A stretch of 64,000 nt of DNA from Owenia fusiformis (taxonomy: Eukaryota). Location of the stretch: NCBI GenBank assembly GCA_903813345.2, contig CAIIXF020000001.1, positions 13,392,001-13,456,000 on the forward strand, given 5' to 3'. Below are positions 1-12,300 of the stretch, piece after piece (within the stretch, counting starts at the first letter, position 1; each line of letters opens with the position of its first letter). The notes under the pieces are model-generated. The model was not told the origin of the DNA. It saw only the letters and a program-made list of their open reading frames with translations, and searched no databases. Position numbers and translations under genes: made by a program.

Positions 1-359
1 CATTATAAAAATGGGTAGAAATTGTCCCATTTGAACACTGTTGAATCATCTTAGTTGTTGATTTATAGAAATTATAGTCTAACTAAGCACTCGCTCACGT
101 TATTAGTACCCATTATTTACTCATTTTGTACAAATTGAGTAATCAGTATATCTCCTTTTGTATTTCTCACATATCCTCTCACTTTGGCAATCATCCTGAC
201 CCCACAACATAAATATTTACTATTATTATTATGCACTAGTATCGCATAGTAGTCATATTGCACATTTTAACTGATCTGAAGAAGTGCTTGGAATGTTTTT
301 GCAGAATTAGCTTGCACTTCAAATGCTGATTTCTCTTCATACTTGGCTCACTTGGTGAG

Positions 360-3300
360 TTATTGCTTCAGATGAAACTCGTCAACATCTAGTGGTACAA
401 ATTCTCCTTCCTTAAAGAGTCGCTGCCATTCATTACCTTCGGGGTATGTGTAATCAGCTATCGAGGCAGGGCTCAACTCTGTACTGTAGCCAGGAGCCTG
501 AAACAGAAAATGACCTTTTTTCATTCGAATAGCATAGGTTGGTGAAAAACAGATTTTAAGAATATTTAGAAAAAAATACCTCTGAATTAAGTGATTACAC
601 ATTCCCTAGGGGTAATATATTTCCTCAACAAGGAAACACATTGATGGAGTATATTCAGGTATTATGTTTCCTCATTGATACACAGATTTGATGACGACAT
701 CATCAAGAAATACCACAATTGTACACAATGGATTTCAGATTTTCTGTAGCATCTCAGATCATGATTCCAGTATAAAAAGGTGATCATTTACCAATGGAGC
801 AGTGTAGCAGCCATTCTTCATGACGACTGGATTAACAAAGTGTTCAAAAAGATGATCAGCGCTCTCAGTCATTCTGAAAAAAATATAACATTAGTTTTTG
901 AACACCTCTCTAATCAGAAGATCTCTCAATGTGAATACTTTTCAGTCAAATTTTTATCTATCATAAACTTTTATGTATTGTTGAAAAACCTTGAAATGTG
1001 AACACCTGCCAATCCGAACACTTTTGGCTGGTCTAAATGGTGTTCAGATGAGACAGGTTCTACCGCAAATTCATTTCGTTGATGTAACCTTAGAAATCAA
1101 AACTTTATAGTATGAGTTCAGGAACACTTCTGGTAATACACCCCCAGACTATTTTATATATTTTACTTGTAGGCAGATACTGCTCACCATGTGAAAACAG
1201 TTTCAAAGTGTTTCCCTGGGCCCGATCCTAAGTGGAATATATTCTTACACACGTTCAAATCATTTTTGTTTTCATGGTACATGAGGCAACCAGGATTAAT
1301 AATTGCAAATCTTTAATTTTTCTTATTTGTATTAACACAGCATTAATATGCAAAATGTCACCACCTGCCATTTGTTACATACGCCGGATGACAACCAACA
1401 TCACAAAAAAGTTGGAGACCATAAGAATATGCCACCACTTTTGGCGGTGACATAAAAATCATAGATTAGTACAAGTTCATGAGCCTGTGGTTGAATGCAT
1501 TTGTATGGGCGATTGGTCATACGTATAGGTTGGAGTTTCGATTCTATATGCAAGCTTAAACTCCCTTATACCTCTAGGCTTCCCAAATAGATTTACAGTC
1601 TGAAGCAACTTGCAATTTTCATACCTACTCTCCAAGGTAGCTGATATACTGATGTAATCAAATATGGACAGATGTTGTACCATCTCACAGAGACCCACCC
1701 CTCCTGCATGAGGACACACTGGCACTGAAAGAAGCACACCAGGTGTATGTATTCCATAATAATATTGACTAGACTACTGTCTTTGGTACGTAAGAAGTGG
1801 GAATTTAGGAGTACATGCTGTTACTTTGAAGCAAGGTCTTAAAGTTACAATACAAGAGCTCTCCTAATTCATGAAAGTTTCTGTATATTGAAATTGACTT
1901 ATTTGGTTTTAAAGAGGTTACATACACAGGTCAGTTTGATACTAAAACATGTTTGTTTGATGTTGAAAAGTGAGAGGAAATACTTTAGAAAAGTGGTCCT
2001 TTAGGAAGAGGTTAATTAAATTAAAATTTAATTATTTAATTAAAAAGTCAAAAAATGTGGATTTTACCATTAAATTTTTTGGCCATTAAAAGAACAGCAA
2101 TAATCTCATTAACCCCTCCCAGTCTGCAACTGTCTATTTGGCAGAATTGTAGGCCCTTGGCTTGTAGAAACTGTTTAAACATGACTCTGTTCTGGCAACA
2201 TTCTCCTGTGGCCACTCCACACCCATAGGGCTCCAAGGCCTACAAATGTAGACCCCAAATGTCAGTAAACACATTGTATATTACAGTTCAAAACTCCTCA
2301 TCACCTGTCAAACAAATGAATTACACTGTACACTTTTTAATTAAAAATCATAATGAAATAAGTTTGGAATGAATTAAAATTATGTAAACCTCCAAAATAA
2401 TTTCTTGTTGAAAGCTCACATTTGAAAACACAGGACTAAATTCTATGCTAAGGGCCTGCTTCTGAAAGCTTTACCTTTGCAATAGCTGCATGCCCAAGGA
2501 CATCATCTGGACTAGTAGGTTCTTCTATCCACAGGAGGTTGTACTTCACCAGATGACCCATCCATTCAATTGCCTCATCCACTCCCCATTTTTGGTTTGC
2601 ATCTACCATCTATGAAAAGAAAGACATATTAAGTACCAGTCTGAGTTATGAACCAATCACCTCTTTTTTACTCAAATTCTTCCTTGGCTAGTGCAGCTGA
2701 ATCTATGAAAAAACTCCATTCTAAAATTATTTGTAATTTTGTAGGATGACTGACAGATATGTTTGCCATTGGAGTGTAGTTCATAATATAACGAAAAAAG
2801 CTGATGATGTATAAAAAAATGATGTATAAATGTTGAATATGATATGCAACTTGAACTTACAATAGTGGTATCAGGTCCTAGCTCTTTCCTGACAATCTCA
2901 AGTCTTCTAATATCATCCTGCAGATCTGAGCCGACCTTGAACTTGAACCTTGAAAAGCCATTAGCTTTAGCTGTGGCTAGTCTCTGTAAAATAATAATAA
3001 AAACAAGGTATTAAAATGCAAAATGTCACCACCTGCCATTTGTTACAGACACCGAATGCTGGACAGCAAACAGAGATTGCCAACCGCCATCACAAAAAAA
3101 GTTGGAGAACATAGCAATATGTCACCACTTTGGTGTTGACATAATAAAAATGCAAATAAAATCAAATGCAAATAAAATCAAAAATGATACATAAAGAGAT
3201 AAAATGTTTTATACTACACCTGTTTTATCTCATCATTTGAGTAGCCCAGCCAGCCAGCTGATGTGGTGTATGCTGGGTAACCATTTGTCCGAATTTCCTT

Positions 3301-6300
3301 CTCTGTAAGATATGAAATAGCATTTGACATAAAATGTCCAAGTCTCTGATGTTAAAATGAAGAGAAATGAAACGGGGGTGTCTTATGAACAATGCCTGGC
3401 AAAATATGATAGAACTGTGAATGTAGTTATTTGTTATTTTACTCAACAGTATGTAGTGTAGACTTATGTACTATACTACCCTGTACTATTGTTTACCTCT
3501 TTCTGCTTTGCCAGCCTGGTTGTTCCTTAAAATCTCCAGGGCTTCTTCCTTTGAAAGGGCATCCTCTCTGCAAACATTGGATATAATAAATATCTCATTG
3601 ATGGAGATGGAATATCAATGCAATTAACATGTTTATTACAGGGTGGGATGGAAAGATTTGTCAGCTATGGGGATAAAGCTATTTTCATAAGAATACTAAA
3701 GAAACCTCTTACAATGTAATTTAGTACATATAACCTGTCTAAAGTGAACATTTCTAGGATCATCTCAAAGTGTTCCTATTGAGAGATGTGAACACCAAGA
3801 GGATCTGATAACATCATTAGTCCACTACTTTGTAGAAGCAAAAAGAGTGTTTGTATTTACAGGTGTTCACTTTTGAGTGGTGGTCCCACATTGACACACC
3901 TAGGATATAATGTTGCAGTAAATGTATCTAAGACTTACATATATCTGAAGTCTATCAAAGAGATGATTTTTTCAGGTTCCATATCAACCAGCAACTTCCA
4001 TACTGGCTACAAAAACAAAGTACATATATGCTGAAACTGATCAAGTTGAACCTCTCATCTCAAGTGAGGGTAATCAAAGGGAGACTTACTTAGCTAAGAG
4101 TCTTCTGCTTTGGAGGACAAATGGGCGAATACGGTATTTAGTGACATTTGTAGTCTTTATCATTTTACAAGACCTCATCTAGCCTCACTATGTAGCCTCA
4201 TGAAATGCTATTCCTTCTTGCAATATAACCCTAATTTGCATGTTGCATCAAGTAATTCGGAGCTTGATCCAGAACATCATGTACAAAACGCTATGGTGTG
4301 TAGTTATGTTTGAATGTATCAGGGCAGTGATCTCCCCAGCATTAAAGCGCAGCACCCACCTGACATTTTAAAAACAGGCTTGAACCCACCTGAGATTTCA
4401 TTTGCACCCACTTTAAAATGAGAAAAATAGGCATATTTTGACCAATTTTGGACTTAATTGTGAAAATGAGAATTTTTTACCCACTTGAAAAAATATTCTG
4501 GGGAGAACACTGCAGTGCACATAGAACACAAGACTACTTCAATGAGTGGTTCCTTTCATGAATACATGCATAAAAGTATGACCATGTAATATGTGGGATA
4601 TGTGCCTATGCATAATATCATGATCTCATAATACTGATTTCTTTACCTTTCCTTCTATCTTGGCCCAGAGGTCCCAGAGTGCATTCACAATAGCTGCAGT
4701 TGCAAGATGCATTACTCCCTTCTCTGGTCCCAACTAAAATATAAATGATATAACATTAATGACCTCCACAGAGGTTGACTGTTAAAATTGTATCCTTGTA
4801 ATGCAGTGGTGCAGTCTGAATTCATAGTGGATGGAATAAAGTAGACTACTTTTTTTGATTTATATTATATATCACATCATTTTAGGCAAACCCACAATAC
4901 TATTAACTGGCAATGCATTATATGGCCATTTAGTCAAAACTATTAATCACTCTTCGACCAATCAAAATGAAGTATCTAGATTGTAGTTGAAGCAAAAAGA
5001 AATATTCTTATGACTATTTTTGTGGTGCCATGGTAATAATACATACTAAATATAACCATGAAACAAGAATCATATCATTTTAAGCCATTCCACCAAGCTA
5101 AGCAGTTTATCATGTATTTACCCATCTTAGCTGTTGTTCATTGGTTATCTCTCTCCAAAAGCCAGCAAAATCATCATAAATAGCGGAAAGTTTCCAATCA
5201 AGTAGGATTCTGGTGAGGGGCTTGATAGCAGCACATACTGAAAAAAGAGACTATTGTTTGCAAGTTCTGAACTTCTAACTGATTAAGTACTTGAATAGTA
5301 CAATCATGTAATATATGTATGTACAATTCATAATGGCATATTAATGAAACATTTACTATTTTAATCTGCAGGATATGACAAAATGTAATTCTGGTAAAAA
5401 AAATAATAATTGCAGCTTGCAATAGATATCAGGGCTCTCCCCAGGCTTTTAGACTGTGGCGCAGCACCACACTTTATTTAGCACCCACCACAACCTACTG
5501 GCAAATCATGATTGTTTCAACAGTCTAAACTTGGCTGAATATACAATAAAAGCATACTGAACGGTAATGTTGATGATGGTTTGCACCCTAAATATTTCCT
5601 GATGAGAGCCCTGGATATAATACCAAATTATATAAGGCAGGCAGGGACAAGCTAAAATCTAGCATGATTGAATGTCTTAAAGTAATTAGAAGCGAAGAGA
5701 GTGTAGACTTTTGGAATTAGAAGCAATCTTCAAAAATAAAGTCAATGTTTACTTTACAATTCTTATTTCATTTTCTAAAAAAAGATTTGAGATATCCGAT
5801 GAAATGTAGAAGTTTTTGAAGATTTCAGATGCAGAAAAGTTCAAATTCATTAAAATTGAAAAGGGAGACATCCTTTTTTCCAATTTTCCAGATAACCTTT
5901 AAAAATCAAAAGATTACCTGGTACTATATATAGCCAAAATGCTCGACCTGAACAGAAAATAGCCATTTCACGGAATGAGAACAAAACTATTCAGTAAAAC
6001 TTATCTGCAGCATTCACTTAAACAGGTTTACTTGTGCCAGAAAACTACTTTTTAAAGTGGAGATATACCTATATGAGTGCCACGGCCAAGGGTAAAGGTC
6101 AAACCATGACCTTGAAGTCCAGTATCTGTGCTAATTATTACATAACCACAGGAATAATCAGGATCTCCATGCTAGAAACAAATAGCAATAACTAGGTGAC
6201 TCATAAAAGATGAAAATGAACTTTAAATTAGACATTACAACAAGGTTCCTGTTTTCTTGATGGTTATTATTAGATAATGATGCCTTGAACAGTAATTCAC

Positions 6301-9300
6301 ATGAATAATCTTAAATAATGTAATTGTAAATTATACACATATACTATAGACATGCAATTCATAGTTTGATAAATGAAGCATTAATTCGGTAAATAACTGA
6401 GCTAAGCAATTCAAAGCATCACTAGTATGGCAAAGAAAATCAACACAATACTTCAAGACCATGGGTATTTGAAGCAAACATATACTTTTGGAGGAAATAT
6501 TTTGTTATTATTATAAGAATAACAAGTATAAAATTAACTGGCAATCACAGCTAGGTGAGCAGTACAGTAGGGTACAGTATGGTACAGTACAGATAGAATA
6601 GTACACAACAGTACAGTACAATGGACAATGCAGACACTCTATTTGTGGGTATAGCATGTTACTTTAAGATGATCTCTTAACATAAGACATAAGCATGGCA
6701 CATAAGGGTTCTACATGTGGCTATTAGGTTAGCAAAATTATCAAAGCATATGATATGTGAGGTTCTAGCTATAGAGTTGGAAAAATTACTCAAGTAAGTA
6801 TAATGGCTTATAAGGCTAATGGTTGGCAGAATTCTTCAAGCATGTGTTCTATTTAGTATATGGCACAAGGAAAGGATTATTGACATCCTGAGTGAAATAA
6901 CAATAACATGGAAGACCAACATAGAGACCTCCCATAAACCCTAATCCCCTCCCTCCCATCAGCCAAACCTTCTCTGGCAGAGTTACCTTCTCTACAACAA
7001 TTCAAATATTTGGAGTAGATTATTCTACTAAAGGCTAGCTACAAGCTCCTGTGACCCCCCCCCCCCCTTCTACTTGATTACACACCTTTACATGCTTATT
7101 GGGATGAGTAGTGGTTTGGGATCACAAGGGTTTGTAGCTAGACTAATTCCATCAGAGAGATTTGGCTACTGCCCCATGTGATAAGTTTGAATGTGTTCAG
7201 AGTCAGGTAATCTTAAGCTTGTGACTTGGTGAGGTAATACAATGCCAGTAAATGTTACACTTGCTCTCTAACCAATTTCCGTTCCTCTGCCAGCAGTAAA
7301 TGTCTGCCCACACCCATAGATGTCACTATCTGTTTGTAGAATTACATGAGCCATGGAATGATCAGGTACACTCTAAAACAGTAGTAGTATGAGTAGATGT
7401 ATTAGCATGATTTCCACTACTTGATTTAAAGAATAATACATTGAGTTACTAAATTCCCCAAAAAATTTGCTCTCTTTGATTATTGCAACTTCAATGAAGT
7501 CCCTTACATATGTGTATAAACACACCAGCATTAGAGTTTTGTCAAAGTATAACTGGGCTAGCTAAGCTCAAATCTGACCATTCTCCAGTTTACCAGTGTA
7601 CAACTGTGGCTATTTACTTATGTAGTAGCAATGACACTGAATGACCATGTCAATCTCAATGACATGAACATATCATTGTCAATTTCATAGACAGAAATAG
7701 AATTGGCTAAATTCAACCCTAAATTGACAAGGAGGATTGGCTCCCAGGATCGAAACTCGATATTTTCCAACAATGAAAACGTCGAAATGTCGTTATTTTC
7801 TGAAATTAAAACCGACTATAAATCAGGGGTACAATTACTCCCGGGAAATCCTTCGACCACCATGTTGCCCACATGACACAACCCTCAAGTTTGATGCCCG
7901 ATCATTTTTTCAATTTTTTATTTTTGCGCAAAATTCGTTTTGCACCTTCATTCCAAGATACCCGGGTTTAGCGCGCGCGTACTATAACGTCACTATAGCA
8001 ACGTTTTGACCTTGAACTAATAGGATAGAAACGCGCTGCAGTGTCTGAACGGGTCACGACAATGCAGCCTTTTTGCACGTTTCATGGACAATCTTCGGTA
8101 TTATTAAGGTAAGTTTAAAACGAGGAATGCCACTGGAATCCTGAGATTCACAGCTTTGACGTGGTATGAAAAAGGATCCATAAATATTGCGATTTCTTAC
8201 TGATTGAGACTCTCAAACTTTGATGAATAAAAACAGGTGCTTTTCCTGAGACCCAGCGTCTTCTTAATTTTCAGTACTTTGCTAGAAGGTTAGAAATTTT
8301 TTCTTTGGTACTCATTTGGAGCACATAACAGGTGTACATTTGAGCAACTTTGAAAATTATTCATCAAATTTTGACGGAATTATCAACCAAAGTGTTGGTG
8401 GATTTTGGTGTCATTTGCAGTTCAAATTGTTAGTTTTCAGCGTCTCTAGATAAGGGATTTTGAGGAAAAGTTGTGAAAAGCTTATTTCTGAGGGTTCATG
8501 AATACAGGTCAATGTGTGTGTAATATCTAAGCATAACTCCTGGTAGATTTTCTCATCCATCGCCATTTGTACCCCCCGAGACTTCAAATGTGGGTCCCTA
8601 GTCCAGTTCGAATTGTTCGATTTCCTTATATGGTGTTTAGACACCATATGAACGATTATTTCCGAAGGTTCATATATTCAGCTTAATGTGTGTTAAATAG
8701 CTAAGCATAACTCCTGATAGATTTTCTCATCCATGGCCATTTGTACCCCCGAGACCTCAAATGTGGGTCCCAAGTCCAATTCGGATAGTTCGATTTCATT
8801 ATATGGTGTTTATACACCATATGAAAGATTATTTCTGAAGGTTCATATATTCAGCTTAATGTGTGTGTAATATCTAAGCATAACTCCTGGTAGATTTTCT
8901 CATCCATGGCCATTTGTACCCCCCGAGACCTCAAATGTGGGTCCCTAGTCCAATTCGGATAGTTCGATTTTATTATATGGTGTTTATACACCATATGAAA
9001 GATTATTTCTGAAGGTTCAATCATATATTCAGCTTAATGTGTGTTAAATAGCTAAGCATAACTCCTGGTAGATTTTCTGATCCATCGCCAGTTTTACCCC
9101 TGAGACCTCAAATGTGAGTCCCTAGTCACCATATGAAAGATTATTTCTGAAGGTTCATATATTCATCTTAATGTGTGTTAAATAGCTAAGCATAACTCCT
9201 GGTATATTTTCTGATCCATCGCCAGTTTTACCCCTGAGACCTCAAATGTGGGTCCCTAATCCATGTAATCTGGTTTGGATTGTTCGATTTCCTTAAATGG

Positions 9301-12300
9301 TGTTCAGACACCACTTGAAAAGTTTATTTCTGAAGGTTCATATAATCAGCTTAGGATGTGTGTATTAGCTAAGCATAACTCCTAGTATATTTTCTCACCT
9401 ATCGCCATTTGTACCCCCGAGATCTCAAATGTGGGTCCCCGACTCCCCAGTCTGGTTTGGATTGTTCGATTTCCTTATATGGTGTTCAGAGTTCAGACAT
9501 GCACCACTTGAAAAGTTTATTTCTGAAGGTTCATGTATTCAGCTTAATGTGTATGTAATAGCTAAGATAAACTCCAAGTAGATTTTCTCATCCATCAACA
9601 TTTGTACCCCCAAGTCCTAAAATGTGGGTCTGTAGTCCGGTTCGGATTATTTGATTTCCTTATATGGCGTTTAAATACCACATGAAAAGATATAATACAA
9701 TATATGACAATACATGTATTACATTGTATTATATGATCTCAAGCTCATTTTATTTACCAGTTCACTAGTTTTATTTTGTATTTTATTGGGTCTAAATTGA
9801 TGGGTGCAACATTCATTCAAATTACACATATAAAAGCTTTTTATACCTTCTAAATGATCAATATTATTCATTATCAATAATGTACACTTATTTTCTTCCA
9901 GCTACCGAGTGAGAATGGACATGACTAGCAACCATGCCTCTTTACCTGTTGACTCCATCTTTGAATGTTATGCCAATGATTGAGATCTGCCATGTTGCAG
10001 AAAAATGTGATTTTCGAGGTATGTACACAATGTTAGATAAATCGAATGTACAGAGTGTCAAATAAATATGATAGATAGTTTTACTGTGCTAAGGAACAAT
10101 TCAGATATCATGCAGACAAAAAAGTTACCCAACATTATGTGGATCATAAAGTTAAGGGGGAGAACATATTTATTTGATACCCTGTACAGGGTGTCCCGAA
10201 AGTATGGGGGCCCCCTAGGCGGACACATACCAATGTCTTCATAGTATGTGTCATATATCATTTTAAAGCTTATCCAAACTTACATTAATTTGCCAAGTAT
10301 CATGGTTCAACTCACAAAAGGTAAATAGTTACAGGCATTTCAAAACTAAGTGTTTAGCTAAACATATAGTTCATTTCAGTATCCTGGTAACAGCCCTGAC
10401 CTGAACATGACCGAAAATATGAGAGCTATTGTCGACAAAAGGATGGATATTGAGTTCTAAAAAGAGGAAGTTGGGGGTAGATACTCCAGGGAAACTCTTC
10501 TAGAATGCTTTAAAAAAGTTTTATGAGGATAAAAAAATGCCAAATCCCTATTTGAAGCACGTTTAAGGTCATATATGGAAAGCATTGCTGCCATTAACAT
10601 GGCTTAGGGACTCCGGGAGACACACCGACTATTATTTTGGTGTAAAACTGACTTTAATTTTTTTTTAACTTTTTCCCATTTTGAGTTCAACCGTGATACT
10701 TGGCAGATCGGTGTAATTTTGGATGATCTTTCAAATGATATATGGCACACTATGGAGACATTGAAAAATGTCTGCCTAGGGGGGCCCCCATACTTTCTGG
10801 ACACCCTGTATATTAAATGCCCATATAAAGTTCCAGTCACTTTGGCTTAGAGCTTAGGCTTTATTATGCGTGTAGTACTCCAATAGTAGACCAATGTTTT
10901 CAAAATGCGGTATGTGAGGCCTTTCAATTTAATTTCAAGAAGACTTACTAAATACATGTACTAAATCCTGCTCTTGTGTATGTTTCATGAGATTTTATCC
11001 AAATTTTGGACAGATTTTGTTTTTTTTACTGTGACACCTGAATACTGCCACAACATCATTATTAAATATTATTTGTATACATTTACTAGTAGAATATGCA
11101 ATTTCTTATATCAAATTCAATTTATTTCAGTAATGCTGACATCTGCGTGCGTATTCTATACATCTGTGTGAGTGGGAATGTATGAGACTGACTCCTGAGG
11201 GAAATGCCACTGTTGTAGAGCTGCATCTCAGTCTTCTACTGACTACTATGCGGTAATTTCAAGCTTATATTTTATTTGACAACATGGCATCTCTTGGACT
11301 CCAAAGCTGTTTGAAGCTATGAAACTTGATAATATTGTATAATTTAAAAATAATATCATGAACACTCCTTGTAATCATCGGTAGAATTTTGGTCAATAAT
11401 GATGTTTTACTTACCAAACTTAACTGAGATTTTAAATGGCAAACAATGCAATAATATGCTCCAGAAGAGGAAATAATGGAAATGTATTCAATATATTACG
11501 GGTTATGGAAAAATTTCAATTGATTTTCTTTGCAAATATCAATGTCTCTAACAATCTATTTAATAACAAACTGCAATGCATAAAAATAGATTCTATGATT
11601 ATTTTAAAGCTATACAATGATAACAAACAACCCCGATACTTTTTCTTGGTATATAAAAACCTAAAAATGTTGATTAAGCAATATAATATTATGAAACAAG
11701 TTCAACACATCTAGAAATTATCATAGAGTCACCAATAGCCATTCATATTTTAGGAATCATTTTGTTGGAAATTCTATTATCTTCCTAATGATATATAATT
11801 TATGGATTTATGGAACACATCAGCAGATATTACAAAATCAAAATCAAAAATGTGGACTTTTTTGGTCTACCCTGTACATGTGTGAGATGTGTACTATATT
11901 TACGAGTGTGCCATAACTATTTTAAATCCTGTAACTTCAATTTTGTACCTGTAATGTGTACTAGGCCTGAGGAATGAACCAAGTCAGCTGCTAATGCTGA
12001 CACACCATCCTTAATAAATGTTCTTATTTAGAATATATAATTTCTAATATTAAATTGAATAAATTTCCCAGCAAATTATTTAAAGCTATAAAATATGTAA
12101 TAAAATACTGATGATTACAAGGAACTTCATGTTTTGATTTTTTAACCATAAATATAAAGGGGCTACCACTAAAAATCACTAAAAACAATAATTTCTAGAT
12201 TATATTTAATAAATTTAATGAAAAATCTTGGTCTGTTTTACTTGGTCTTCCAATATTTTCTAAGACTTTCTTTTACCCTACATGTGTTAAATAATCCTCA

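Noticed and set aside
1188-1227. 40-bp minus-strand segment with AG/GTGAG boundaries inside an ENOSF1 intron
   Set aside because: Contains an in-frame stop and has no homology; cannot be distinguished from chance splice-like sites.
7373-7727. A second exon 1 that might pair with ENOSF1 exon 2b (partial gene duplicate)
   Set aside because: No RFPTSL/GSDAM-like sequence found here or between exons 2a and 2b, so a shared exon 1 is the simpler model.
8482-9692. Repeat arrays (also 12900-13810, 17270-17700, 33950-34740, 49090-49810) as possible CRISPR arrays
   Set aside because: Whole units repeat with no unique spacers, there are no cas genes, and the DNA is eukaryotic.
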